NCBI GenBank assembly: GCA_016702545.1
Contig: JADJDT010000008.1
Coordinates: forward strand, 192,683-256,682
Reading direction: 5' to 3'
Source: Pseudomonadota bacterium
Lineage (GTDB): Bacteria; Myxococcota_A; Polyangia; GCA-2747355
Length of the DNA stretch: 64,000 bases
In this document: one piece after another, positions 25,916 to 35,628 of the stretch
How the letters are laid out: each line of letters starts with the position of its first letter
Numbering within the stretch: position 1 is the stretch's first letter
The notes under the pieces: generated by a model
Database searches by the model: none
What the model was told of the DNA's origin: nothing
What the model saw: the letters and a program-made list of their open reading frames with translations, nothing else
Translations under genes and position numbers: made by a program

Positions 25916-28684
25916 ATGATGATCATCCGTGGGGTGCTGGGTGCTGTGGCCACGACCGGGCTGGTGCTGGTCAGCGCCTGCTCGGACAACACGTCAAGGG
26001 TCGACGCCCGCGCCGGGCGCGATGCGGGGATCGATGCGGCGCGGACCTGCGCGCTGGCGATCACGCAGATCAACGGTGCCTCGGCGGCGGCGGTGACGGT
26101 GATCGGAGCGGCCGACGATCGCGATCCGGCGCTGAGCGGTATCCAGCTCGATCTCGACCTGCGGGTGACGGGCACGGCGGCGCCGCGCCAGGTGCGGCTG
26201 GCCGTCACCGAGCTCGCCGAGGACCTCGTGGGCGAGGTCGTCGACGGGGCGGTGTCGTGGCGCGGCGTGACCGTCTCCAGCGCGCTGACCCAGGTCCTGC
26301 TGACGGTGAGCGCGGAGGGCTGCACCGGCGCCCAACGCGGGCTGACCGTCCAGCCGGTCCCCGAGTGCGTGTTCGAGAGCCCCGTGGACGGAGCCAAGCT
26401 GGGCGCGGAGGACGACCGCGATCCGGCGCCGGGGAGCTTCGCGATCGACGTGGTGGTGCGCGCACGGAACGCGCCGGAGGGCCAGGTCGTGGTGCGCGTC
26501 GATGGCTTCGCGCAGCCCGCTCGGGTCGTGGGCGAGGACGGCCGCGCGCGCCTGCCCGGCGTGGTCGTGCCGGCGTCAACGGCCGTGCAGCTGGCAGCCG
26601 AGGTGACGGCCAAGGGCGTGACGCGCACCTGTCGCGCCGCGATCACGGTGACCACCACCGCGCCGAGCTGCGCGATCCGGCTCAGCCCGCAGCCCGCGCG
26701 GACGCTGAGCGGCGGCGATGGTCTAGGGCGCGCGCAGGACGCCGATCCCGCGACCGCCGGGCTCCAGACCACCGTCGCGGTGCAGACCGAGGCGCGCGTC
26801 GATCGCGTCGAGCTGCTCGTCGATGGTGCGGTGCGGGCGGTGGCGGTCCCCGTCAACGGCGTCGCGAGCTTCGAGCGCCAGACCGTCGGCGATGGTCTGG
26901 AACGCACGCTGCAGGCGGTTTGCACCGACACCGACACCAAAGGCAGCGGCAGCAGCGCCGAGGTCACGCTCGAGGTCGACGGCGTGGCGCCGGGTCCGGT
27001 CGAGGGCCTGCAGTGCAGCGTGCGGCGGGCGCGCGCCGGCGACGTGCACTGCGACTGGACGGCCGCCGCCAGCGGCGTGGCCCGCTACGAGCTGCGCTTC
27101 CGCGCCGACGGGGCGCTGAGCGGCAGCGAGTGGGATGCCGGCAGCGTGCGGCCCGTGGGCGGGGTGGCGTGGCCGACCGCCCAGGCGGAGTTCAGTGGAC
27201 TGCCCCTCGGGCACGCCTACAGCCTCGGCGTGCGCGCGCGCGACGGGGTCGGCAACGAATCGACGACGGCGCTGGCTGGGCCGCTGACGATCGACTATCG
27301 GCAGCAGGTGCTCGAGCCGGTGGCCGGCGGCCCCGCGCTGGGTGGGGCGCTGGCGGCGGGTGACTTCGACTGCGATGGCTTGACGGACCTCGCCGTCGGC
27401 GATCCGGCCTTCAACGGTGGTCGCGGGCTGGTGGGGGTCTTTCTCGGCACGGGCAACGGCTACACGCGGGCGCCGGTCAAGACGCTGGCGGGCACGGTCC
27501 CCGGGGGCGGCTTTGGCGCGGGGCTCGCGGCGCTGCAGAACTTCGACGGGGACGCCCGGGGCTGCGCCGACCTGGCCGTCGAGTCCTCGTTCGGCGATTC
27601 GCCGCTGGCCAAGGTGTATGTGTTCCTCGGGCGCTCGCCCTTCGCCGATCGCGTCGACAGCGGGCGCCTCGGCGAGGGTCGTCCCGGCGCCGAGGTGGTG
27701 CTCCAGCTCGAGTCCGGGGCGGGGGCGGACGAACGCCTGGTCGCGTTGGCGGACGCCGGTTCGTTTACCGGTGCGGGCGGCACCGATCTGGCGCTGGTGC
27801 ATCAGGACAGGGCGGCGGCGAGCGATGCGGCGACGATCTGGGTCGTGCGCGGCGATGACACCTTGCGACCGCTGGCCGCCGGCGTCGCGCCGAGCGTGCG
27901 CACGCTGCCCGACGCGGCGAGCGTGCGCATCACGGGTGGCCGCGCCAGCGAGGGCTTCGGGCTCGCGCTCTGCGGCGGCGTCTCGCTCGATCAGGACGTG
28001 CGCGCCGAGTTGCTGGTCGGGGCGCGCGGCGCGCCGGGTGGTGGCCAGGTGCTGGTAATTCGCGGCGCGTCGGCCCCGCTGGCGCCGGCGCAGGCCTTCG
28101 GGCTCAGCGATCCGCGCGTGGCGACGATCGCCGGGCGTGGCCCCGGCGGTCGCTTGGGCGAGCAGGTCGGCGTGGTCGGCGACCTCGACGGCGACGGGTT
28201 GGTCGAGCTGGCCGCCTCGGACACCAGCTTGGGGGGCGATAGCGGCGCCGTCTACGTCTTCAGTCTGGTCGAGGGCGTGGTGCCGAGCAGCGTCGCGGCG
28301 GCGCGTCTGACGCTGAGCAACGATGCGATCGGCGCGGCCGGCGATCGCCTCGGCGCGGCCTTGCCCTGTGCCGGCGCGCTGGGCAGCGCGGGTGGCGATC
28401 TCGACGGCGATGGCCTGGCCGACCTGGTGGCGGTGGCCGAGTCGTCGGGGGCGAACGGACCGGGGATCGCGTATCGCACGGCCGGGCGGCGCGACTGGCC
28501 GCGGCCGGCGAGTCTGCTGGTGTCCGGTGCAGATTACGTCTTCCGCGGGCCCACGACGGGCTCGGTGCTCTTCGGCAGCGCGGTGCTCTGGCTCGCCGAT
28601 CTCGACGGCGATCACCTCAAGGACCTCGTCTTCGCCGATGCGCAGGCCAACGGCGGCCGCGGTCGCTTGGTCGTCCTCTACTGA
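25916..28684 (+). CDS. FG-GAP/VCBS-repeat lipoprotein with N-terminal Ig-like repeats
   Basis: Lipobox MMIIRGVLGAVATTGLVLVSAC. Repeats GDFDCDGLTDLAVGDP, GDLDGDGLVELAASD, GDLDGDGLADLVAV and ADLDGDHLKDLVFAD. Confidence 0.8.
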   Translation: MMIIRGVLGAVATTGLVLVSACSDNTSRVDARAGRDAGIDAARTCALAITQINGASAAAVTVIGAADDRDPALSGIQLDLDLRVTGTAAPRQVRLAVTELAEDLVGEVVDGAVSWRGVTVSSALTQVLLTVSAEGCTGAQRGLTVQPVPECVFESPVDGAKLGAEDDRDPAPGSFAIDVVVRARNAPEGQVVVRVDGFAQPARVVGEDGRARLPGVVVPASTAVQLAAEVTAKGVTRTCRAAITVTTTAPSCAIRLSPQPARTLSGGDGLGRAQDADPATAGLQTTVAVQTEARVDRVELLVDGAVRAVAVPVNGVASFERQTVGDGLERTLQAVCTDTDTKGSGSSAEVTLEVDGVAPGPVEGLQCSVRRARAGDVHCDWTAAASGVARYELRFRADGALSGSEWDAGSVRPVGGVAWPTAQAEFSGLPLGHAYSLGVRARDGVGNESTTALAGPLTIDYRQQVLEPVAGGPALGGALAAGDFDCDGLTDLAVGDPAFNGGRGLVGVFLGTGNGYTRAPVKTLAGTVPGGGFGAGLAALQNFDGDARGCADLAVESSFGDSPLAKVYVFLGRSPFADRVDSGRLGEGRPGAEVVLQLESGAGADERLVALADAGSFTGAGGTDLALVHQDRAAASDAATIWVVRGDDTLRPLAAGVAPSVRTLPDAASVRITGGRASEGFGLALCGGVSLDQDVRAELLVGARGAPGGGQVLVIRGASAPLAPAQAFGLSDPRVATIAGRGPGGRLGEQVGVVGDLDGDGLVELAASDTSLGGDSGAVYVFSLVEGVVPSSVAAARLTLSNDAIGAAGDRLGAALPCAGALGSAGGDLDGDGLADLVAVAESSGANGPGIAYRTAGRRDWPRPASLLVSGADYVFRGPTTGSVLFGSAVLWLADLDGDHLKDLVFADAQANGGRGRLVVLY

Positions 28685-28692
28685 ACGACACC

Positions 28693-29748
28693 ATGCGAGG
28701 GAATGGCGTCTCAGCGCGCCTGGCAGCAGGGGCCACGTCGCTGCTGCTGGTGCTGACCCTGCGGCCGGCAGGGGCCCGTGCCGACGGGGCTCGGGTCGAG
28801 GCGCCGCCGGCGTGGCGTGAGGACCTGCCCTTGACGAGCGTGCTGGCCGCCGCGCGCCAGCGGGGCCGTCCGGTGTTGATCCTGCTGGTCGACGATGCGT
28901 GGCAGCGCTGCGCGACCTTGGCGCGCTGGCGCCGCGCGGGTGCACCGTCGTCGGCGACGCTCGACCGCTTCGAGCGGGTGCTCTATCGCGCCGACAGCCG
29001 CGAGGGGGCGCACGTCGCCGAGCGCTTCCACGTCGTGGCGCGACCCACGGCGCTGGTGATCGACGGCAGCGCGCGCGAGCTCGGTCGCCGTGGGCCTCCG
29101 CTGGCCGCCGGCAGGCTCCTGGCAGAAATCGAGGGCGTCGAGGACGGCACGACCGCGGAGCGCGCCTTCGAGGAACAGCTGGCCGCGGCGCCGAGCGATG
29201 TGCCGCTACAGCTGCGCGCCGCCCGCCTGTGGGCGGAGCGCGGTGCGCTGGCCCGCGCCGCGCCACTGCTCGAGGCCGCGATCGCCGCCGATCCCGACGA
29301 TCGGCAGGGCTGGGCCAGTCGGGCCCGGCTGCTGCGCGGCGATCTGCTGTTGCTGCGGGGCGTCGGGGATGCTACGGCGGCCCTGGCCGAGCTGGCGGGC
29401 CTGCGGCAGCGCTTTCCGCGGGCTGTGGCGTCCCGGCACGCGACCTACCCGCTGGCGCGGGCGCTGCAGCGGCTCGGTCGGGCGCAGGAGGCGCGGGCGC
29501 AGCTCGACGCCTGGGCCGGCACGGCGGTGGAGCACCATCAGGCCGCGCGGCTGGTGCTCGAGGAGGCGGGTGGCGCCGCGGCGTGGGCGCTGGTCCACGC
29601 CCGTCGGGCGCTGGCGCTGGAGCCGCGGCGCCCGGCGTACTGGGCCACGCTGGCGGCCGTGCAGCGCCTGGCGGCAGATGGGGTCGGCGCGCGGGTGAGC
29701 GAGGCGCGCGCGTTCGCGCTCGCAGGGTGTGCTGCAGTGGAACCCTGA
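28693..29748 (+). CDS. Secreted thioredoxin-fold-like / TPR-like protein
   Basis: A signal peptide, then the segment GRPVLILLVDDAWQRCATL...VVARPTALVIDG (thioredoxin-like topology without an obvious CxxC), and a helical-repeat C-terminus. Family assignment is tentative. Confidence 0.5.
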   Translation: MRGNGVSARLAAGATSLLLVLTLRPAGARADGARVEAPPAWREDLPLTSVLAAARQRGRPVLILLVDDAWQRCATLARWRRAGAPSSATLDRFERVLYRADSREGAHVAERFHVVARPTALVIDGSARELGRRGPPLAAGRLLAEIEGVEDGTTAERAFEEQLAAAPSDVPLQLRAARLWAERGALARAAPLLEAAIAADPDDRQGWASRARLLRGDLLLLRGVGDATAALAELAGLRQRFPRAVASRHATYPLARALQRLGRAQEARAQLDAWAGTAVEHHQAARLVLEEAGGAAAWALVHARRALALEPRRPAYWATLAAVQRLAADGVGARVSEARAFALAGCAAVEP

Positions 29749-29783
29749 GGGGCGCGGGTGGATTGCGGGCAAGGGCAGGGTCG

Positions 29784-30422
29784 ATGGAAGCACAGCTCTT
29801 AGAGATCATCCACCAGAACCCCGCCTGGGCCTATCTGGGCGTCTTCTTCGTGCTGCTGGCCTGCGGACTCGGGCTGCCGATGCCCGAGGACATCACGCTC
29901 GTGGCCGGCGGCTACACCGTCTACCTGGCCCAGCAGAACGGCCTGTCGCAGCCGATGCTCCTGCCGATGATCGCGGTGGGCTTGGTCGGCGTGATGTCGG
30001 GCGACATGATCCTCTTCGGGCTCGGCCGCTGGATGGGGCCGCGCGCCGCGCGCATCTGGCCCCTGCGCTGGATCGTCCCGCCGCAGCGGATGGAGCGCGT
30101 CTATCGCTTCTTCGCGCGCTACGGCACCTGGACGGCCTTCATCGCGCGCTTCGCCCCCGGCCTGCGCTCACCGACCTTCCTGCTGGCCGGCACCGCGGGC
30201 ATGTCCTTTCACCGCTTCGCCCTGGCCGACGGCGCGGCCGCGGCGCTCAGCGTGCCGCTGTGGGTCTGGCTCGCCTATCACTTCGGCGCGGAGATCGACA
30301 GCGTCAAGCTCTGGCTGGCGCGCAGCCGCTACGCGCTCTTCGCGATCGTGGCCGTGGTGCTGCTGGTGGTCGTGATGAAGGTCGTGCGCAGCCGGCGGGA
30401 AGCGCGCCAGGCCGATCGCTGA
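29784..30422 (+). CDS. DedA family membrane protein
   Basis: The internal ATG of track ORF 28899..30422 is preceded by GGGCAGGG. Motifs LGLPMPEDITLVAGGY and YGTWTAFIARFAPGLRSPTFLLAGTAGM are typical DedA/SNARE-associated. Confidence 0.8.
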   Translation: MEAQLLEIIHQNPAWAYLGVFFVLLACGLGLPMPEDITLVAGGYTVYLAQQNGLSQPMLLPMIAVGLVGVMSGDMILFGLGRWMGPRAARIWPLRWIVPPQRMERVYRFFARYGTWTAFIARFAPGLRSPTFLLAGTAGMSFHRFALADGAAAALSVPLWVWLAYHFGAEIDSVKLWLARSRYALFAIVAVVLLVVVMKVVRSRREARQADR

Positions 30423-30525
30423 GGCGGTGCCCGGCGCGGCCCGGAAATTGGGTGGGAGCTCGAGGCGAGTGCTAGCATCGGCGCCGACGGGAGGGCGCTG
30501 AGCAGGCCCCCCGCGGGAGCTGCCG

Positions 30526-30993
30526 ATGATCACCGCCGAGCTTCAGCCCGCCCTGTGCAAGCGGCCGATGGCGAGGGTGCGCCAGGTCAGTCTGTTCGCG
30601 CGCGAGGTGATCGAGCGCCTCAGCGCCACCGGCACGGAGCTGCTGCTGGCCGACCTCTCGCGCCTGAGCGAGGGCCAACGGGTCGCGGGCCGCTACTTCG
30701 GCAGCACGATGCTGACGCTCGATCTGCGGCGCTTGGAAGGCCGCATGCGCGACAGCGGGGATGTCGGCACCGCTTCGCGCTTGGCACGGCTGTGGGCCAC
30801 CAGCGAGCCGGTGATCGGTCGCCTGCGGGCGCTGGCGTTGGCCGAGGCGCAGCGCATCGCTGGCGAGCCGCTGCAGGCCGATGGCATCGATGTGCGGGTG
30901 CGCGCCGAGGGCAGCTGGCTCTTCGTTGACATTGACCTCGAAGCCGAGGCAGACGATCTGGGCCAGCGCACGGTCGACTGTGCGCATGGCTGA
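30526..30993 (+). CDS. Hypothetical protein
   Basis: 155-aa ORF with high GC3 and balanced composition. No family recognised. Confidence 0.4.
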   Translation: MITAELQPALCKRPMARVRQVSLFAREVIERLSATGTELLLADLSRLSEGQRVAGRYFGSTMLTLDLRRLEGRMRDSGDVGTASRLARLWATSEPVIGRLRALALAEAQRIAGEPLQADGIDVRVRAEGSWLFVDIDLEAEADDLGQRTVDCAHG

Positions 30994-31028
30994 GGGCGGG
31001 GCGAAGGCCCTGGCGATCCGGTGAAGCG

Positions 31029-32141
31029 ATGACGGTGAGCGGCGGCACGATCGAGGCGACGAGCGAGCGCCCGGCGACCGGCGACGAGGGGTGGTTCTCG
31101 TTGCGGGACACCGCGCGCATCTTCGGCCTCAAGGAGGCGCGCCTGCGCTACTGGGCGCAGACCGGCTTCATCAATCCTCGCCGTCGAGCGGACGGCAAGC
31201 CCGTCTACACCTTCGCCGATCTGGTCGAGATCAAGGCTGCCAAGGAGCTGCTGGAGCGGAACATCCCGCTCCAGCGCGTGCGCCGACACCTGCAGGCCCT
31301 GCGGCAGGCGCTGCCCGGCCAGGCCAGCCTGTTGGCGCGGCTGCGGGTGCTGAGCGATGGCGATCGACTGGTGGTGGTCGAGGGCCAGGCGCTGACCGAC
31401 CCGCTCTCGGGGCAGCTGCTGCTGGATTTCGCGATCGGCGAGCTGACGCATCACGTGGCCCAGGTGCTGCGCCTCCCGCTGGCCGCTGCGGTGCCGCGCG
31501 GGCGTGGGGAGGCGCGGCCGACGGCTGGCGGAGGGCGAGCAGCGCTCACGCCGCCGGCGGGCGCGGCGGTGGCACCGGCAGGGGCGCGGCCTCCCCTCGG
31601 GTATGCGGCGACGGCGGCCGGCGCGGGGATCGCGACCGACGCGACGGCGGAGGCGCCGTTGACCGCCTACGATTGGTTCCTGCGCGGGTTGGCCTGCGAG
31701 AGTGAAGCGGAGGACGAGCTGGAGGCGGCGGCGGCCTACGAGCGGGCGATCGCGCTCGACCCCGGGCTCGCCGCGGCGCAGACCAACCTCGGCACCGTGC
31801 ACTATCGGCGCGGTGATCGCGCCGGCGCGCTGCGCTGCTACACGGCCGCGCTGGCGCTCGACCCCGACCAGCCCGAGTCGCACTACAACCTGGCCAACCT
31901 CTACGAGGAGGACGGCGAGATCGAGCTCGCGCTGGCGGAGTACCGCTGTGCGCTGAAGCTCAACGCCGACTTCGCCGACGCGCACTTCAATCTCGCCTTG
32001 ACGCTCGAGCGGGTGGGCAGCCGGCTGCAGGCGGCCGAGCACTGGCGGCGCTACCTGGGCTTGACCGACGCGGAGGCGGCCGAGCACGCCACGTGGCGGG
32101 CTGTGGCGCAGGAGCATCTGCGCCGGCTCCACGTCAGCTAA
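31029..32141 (+). CDS. MerR-family HTH protein fused to TPR repeats
   Basis: FSLRDTARIFGLKEARLRYWAQTGFINPRRRADGKPVYTFADLVEIKAAKELL is a MerR HTH. The C-terminal TPRs include YERAIALDPGLAAAQTNLG and ALDPDQPESHYNLANLYEE. Confidence 0.8.
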   Translation: MTVSGGTIEATSERPATGDEGWFSLRDTARIFGLKEARLRYWAQTGFINPRRRADGKPVYTFADLVEIKAAKELLERNIPLQRVRRHLQALRQALPGQASLLARLRVLSDGDRLVVVEGQALTDPLSGQLLLDFAIGELTHHVAQVLRLPLAAAVPRGRGEARPTAGGGRAALTPPAGAAVAPAGARPPLGYAATAAGAGIATDATAEAPLTAYDWFLRGLACESEAEDELEAAAAYERAIALDPGLAAAQTNLGTVHYRRGDRAGALRCYTAALALDPDQPESHYNLANLYEEDGEIELALAEYRCALKLNADFADAHFNLALTLERVGSRLQAAEHWRRYLGLTDAEAAEHATWRAVAQEHLRRLHVS

Positions 32142-32283
32142 ACAGGGTCGCGTGGAGCACGATCCATCCCGCCGGGCTGCGTTGCGGCTGTGCTCCGGTG
32201 CTCACGTACCAGCCCGTACGCTCCGCTCCGGTGCTCGCCGCGCCTTGCCCGGCGGGCGCCTCGTACTCCACGCGACCCTGTTT
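32140..32283. repeat. 144-bp palindromic MITE-like element with 18-bp perfect terminal inverted repeats
   Basis: aaacagggtcgcgtggag ... ctccacgcgaccctgttt, with inner pairs cccgccgggc/gcccggcggg and an internal direct repeat gctccggtgctc x2. The left terminus overlaps the TAA stop of the MerR-TPR gene. Confidence 0.7.
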
Positions 32284-32315
32284 GATCCACTCTCAAGGCA
32301 ACCCTGCAACGTCAG

Positions 32316-33287
32316 CTAGCCCAGCACCTCTTCGGGCAGCTCGCCGGAGAAGAACTGGCGCTCCAGGTCCTCGATCAGCTCGACGAAGACGCGGCGCTCC
32401 GTGGCGTTGGGGAAGGACAGGCTGATCCCCATCCCGCGATCGGCGCCCTCCTCGATCAAGCGACAGACGCGCCCCATCAGATGGATCGGCGGCTGCTGCT
32501 TCAGCGGCGGTGCGAGCACGAGGTCGATCGGCGTGCCCACAGGCAGCAACTCATGCGAGCGGATGAAGACGCCCTCTTCGTTGATGTCGCGCGTGAAGTT
32601 GACGCGCCGACCGGTGCGGCCGCTGTAGGTCGCGCGCAGGCGCAGCGGCAAACGGCGCAGCTGGCGCTGATCCGAGGCGGCGCCGCTGACCCAGCGGTTG
32701 AGGTAGCTGACCTTGGCGCGCTGACTGGGGTGCAGCTGGATGCCGACGCCGGCGCGCGCGCGCGCGTCGTTGCGCCCGGTGCGGCGCCACGTCGCTACAC
32801 CGTCGAGGAAGCAGCGTGGGCCGCCGATGAAGGTCACCTCCAGTCGCACGGCCGCGCCCACCTGGGGCGGCACGCCGACCGGGCAGAAGATGCCGCCGCC
32901 GGCGAGATTCGCATCGAAGTAGCGCGACCAATCCTCGCGGGTCGGAACGCGCAGGCGTAGGCGCACCACCTCGCCCGTGCGGCGCGGGGGCTCGGGGTCG
33001 GGCTCGGAGCGCCGCTCGCTTGAGTCGCTGTCGAGCTCGTGCAGCAGCGCCGAGCTGGCAGGTCGCACGCCGCTGCTGCTGCGCCGCGCACGTGGCGCGC
33101 CGTGGCCCGGTGAGCTCAGGCCGCTGGCACCCGGCGAGGACGCGGCACCCGGCGGGGACGCGCTGCTCTGGGACACCGCCGGGCCGTATTCGCCGCTCGG
33201 CGAGGCCGCGGGTGTCGCCAGCGCCGAGGGCCGACGCGCCGGCTCTCGCTGCGGCGTGGAGGCGCCCGGGCCGGCGTCGTAGGCCAC
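32316..33287 (-). CDS. Tandem PilZ-domain region, probably the C-terminal part of the upstream Ser/Thr kinase (Pkn1-like architecture)
   Basis: A Pro/Ser/Ala linker followed by two PilZ-like units (RLRLRVP...ANLAGGGIF; RRLPLRLRATYSG...DINEEGVFIRS, that is RxxxR ... D/NxSxxG). GC3 is high from 33287 downward. Confidence 0.7.
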   Translation of the reverse strand: MAYDAGPGASTPQREPARRPSALATPAASPSGEYGPAVSQSSASPPGAASSPGASGLSSPGHGAPRARRSSSGVRPASSALLHELDSDSSERRSEPDPEPPRRTGEVVRLRLRVPTREDWSRYFDANLAGGGIFCPVGVPPQVGAAVRLEVTFIGGPRCFLDGVATWRRTGRNDARARAGVGIQLHPSQRAKVSYLNRWVSGAASDQRQLRRLPLRLRATYSGRTGRRVNFTRDINEEGVFIRSHELLPVGTPIDLVLAPPLKQQPPIHLMGRVCRLIEEGADRGMGISLSFPNATERRVFVELIEDLERQFFSGELPEEVLG

Positions 33288-34275
33288 CGCGATCCAGGTC
33301 GCCGAACGCCGGTAGCGTGCCCGTCGGACCGTGCGGCGGCTGGTCGCGCGACCAGCCGGGGAGTGCGGCCACGGGCCTGTCCGGGCCGGCGTGGGCCACT
33401 GCCGCGCGCTCTGCCGTCGTGCGTGGGACGGGGACCGCAGCCAGCGCGTGCGCCAGCTCGCTGACCCGCGAAAAGCGATCCTCGGGGTCCTTGGCCAGGG
33501 CGCGCAAGATCAGCTCGCAGAGCGCGTCGGGCAGGCCGGGCTCCAGCTCCTGCGGCGGCGTCGGTGGGAGCTGCACATGCGCCAACATGATGTCGAAGGC
33601 GCTCTCCGCGTAGAAGGGCACCATCCCCGTGGCGAGCTGATAGAGCGTCACGCCCAGCGAATACACGTCGGCGCGCCGGTCGACGGTGCGCAGCGCCTTG
33701 CACTGCTCGGGCGACATGAAGAGCAGCGTCCCCAGCATCGCCCCCGGCGCGGTCATCGTGTCGCCCTCGGCCACCACCTTGGCGATGCCGAAGTCGACCA
33801 CCTTGGGCAGCTCGCGGCTGCCCATCTGGGCGATCAGGATGTTGGAGGGCTTGAGGTCGCGGTGCACGATGTCGTGCTGATGGGCGTATTCGACGGCGTC
33901 GAGCACGGGCAGCATCAGGGCCTTGATGCGCTCGATCGGCATTGGTCCACCGAGCTCGAACATCACCTGGTCGAGGCCCGGTCCCTCGACGTACTCCATC
34001 GCGATCGCGTGTAGGTCGCCCTCGCGGACGAAGTCGTAGACCGTCGCGATGTGCGGGTGGTGCAGCTTCGCCTGCACCGCGGCCTCGGCGGTGAAGCGCG
34101 CCAGCTGGGCGCTGTTGGCGAGCAGCGGGCCGGCGAGCACCTTGATCGCCAGCGGCTGGCCGAGCCGAACGTGGGTCCCGCGGTAGACCACGGCCGTCGA
34201 GCCGGTGGCGAGCAGCCGGTCGATCCGGTACAGGCCACCGAGCACTTTGCCGATCAGGCGGTCGCTGGTCGTCAT
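33288..34275 (-). CDS. Ser/Thr protein kinase catalytic domain (frame runs on without a stop; junction with the PilZ frame near 33290-33400)
   Basis: LGGLYRIDRLLATGSTAVVYRG, AIKVL, HRDLKPSNILI, DFGIAKV and FMSPEQ. Beyond about 33290 the kinase frame becomes Arg-rich nonsense, while the +1 frame carries the PilZ domains. Confidence 0.8.
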
Positions 34276-34328
34276 CGAAGGGATCCCCCGTGGAGCCGCC
34301 GCTTGCCCGGTGAGACCGGCTGCTGCGC

Positions 34329-34356
34329 TCAGTCAGTCAGTCAGTCAGTCGGTCAG
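34329..34356. repeat. Tetranucleotide microsatellite (TCAG)5-TCGG-TCAG
   Basis: Read directly. It contains the TGA stop of the 34345..34857 gene and gives stops in all three minus-strand frames. It lies about 55-80 nt upstream of the kinase start. Confidence 0.9.
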
Positions 34357-34857
34357 CGCCACCACTTGCCAGAAGCGCCCCTTGCGCGCCAGCACCGCCA
34401 CCGCGCCCAGCCGGCTGAAGCGCGCGAGGGCCAGCAAGTCCCCCGGTCCCACGCTGGCGCGCATGCGCGCCGGTGGCGGCCCATAGCGACCGACCATCTC
34501 GGCGTAGGTCAGGAGCTGCACCCCGCGCAGCATCAGTGTCTCCGAGTGGGCGCGTTGGATCAAGGCGCTCAAGGCGTGCTGCAGCTCGGCGCCGCTGGCG
34601 ACCCGGTGGCCATCCAAGCTGACGCGCTCGGCGCAGAGCGGTAAGAGGTCGGCGAGGCGTCCGTCGAGCAGCGCGCGGAAGAACCCCCGGGCCACCAACG
34701 CCGCCATCCCATCGTCCGCGGTCGCGCTCGGTGCCGCGAGTGCCGCTGGTGGCGCAGCCGTCACGAGCGCAGCGATCGCGACGATCGCGGCGCCGCCGAG
34801 CGCGAGCCGATCGATCCCCCGCGGTTGGCGCGACGCGCGCTCGCTCAACCGGCCCAC
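34345..34857 (-). CDS. Hypothetical secreted protein
   Basis: The signal/anchor is RLALGGAAIVAIAALVTAAPPAALAAPSA. 170 aa, high GC3, no family recognised. Confidence 0.5.
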   Translation of the reverse strand: MGRLSERASRQPRGIDRLALGGAAIVAIAALVTAAPPAALAAPSATADDGMAALVARGFFRALLDGRLADLLPLCAERVSLDGHRVASGAELQHALSALIQRAHSETLMLRGVQLLTYAEMVGRYGPPPARMRASVGPGDLLALARFSRLGAVAVLARKGRFWQVVALTD

Positions 34858-35576
34858 TTGCCGACCTGGACCTTGGCCGCGCGCACGACGCGGCCGTCCA
34901 GCGCGAAGCCCGCGCTCAGCTCGGCCACCACGTAGTTGTGGCGGGCCTGGTCCGGAACCGCCACCACGGCCACGGCCTCGTGGAGGCGAGGGTCGAAGGG
35001 TTGATCGACGGTGGTGATGCGCTCGAGACCGAGCAGGCCGAGGCGTTGGACGAGCATGCCCTGCACCAGGGCCAGGCCGTCGCGCAGCGTGTTGATGTCC
35101 GGATGCGCCTGGCTGGCCGCTAGCGAGCGCTCGAGCGCATCCAGCACCTCCACCATCGGCTCGGCGATCTGGGCGCGCAGGGCCTTGGCCTGCTGCTCGG
35201 CGTCCCGCGCCAGGCGTTGCTTCGTCTGCTCGAGATTCTCGACGACCTCCTTCTTGTAGGCGGCGATGTACTCGCGGAGCTGAGCGTCCTTCTCGTGGAG
35301 CTGTTGCCGTAGCTGCTCGACGAACGACGGATAGCGCGCCTGCTCGTCGCCTGGCGATGCCTCGGCGGAGGCCTCCTGCGCCGAACAGCGGCGATCGAAG
35401 ACCTTGAACCCCGCCTCCTCGCCCTCGTCATGGAGCTTCTGGCCGGCCCACCGGCCCAGTCGCGGCCCGTGCCGGCCGTCCCCGCTGTGGTGTCTGGCTG
35501 CATGGATCCCCCCGCGCGACGGCCCCTGGCGCGCGGCTCGTGTGCCACCCCGCCTCCTCTGCCGCCGCGGCGCCAC
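34845..35576 (-). CDS. grpE: Nucleotide exchange factor GrpE (start uncertain)
   Basis: A coiled-coil, then LDALERSL...LRDGLALVQGMLVQRLGLLGLERI...QPFDPRLHEAVAVV...VVAELSAGFALDGRVVRAAKVQV. The Arg-rich first ~50 codons of the track ORF are probably not translated. Confidence 0.8.
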   Translation of the reverse strand: MAPRRQRRRGGTRAARQGPSRGGIHAARHHSGDGRHGPRLGRWAGQKLHDEGEEAGFKVFDRRCSAQEASAEASPGDEQARYPSFVEQLRQQLHEKDAQLREYIAAYKKEVVENLEQTKQRLARDAEQQAKALRAQIAEPMVEVLDALERSLAASQAHPDINTLRDGLALVQGMLVQRLGLLGLERITTVDQPFDPRLHEAVAVVAVPDQARHNYVVAELSAGFALDGRVVRAAKVQVGKWAG

Positions 35577-35628
35577 AGTATAGGTTCGCGCTTGGCGGCG
35601 GCAAGGCTGTACACTCCGCCGCCAGACG

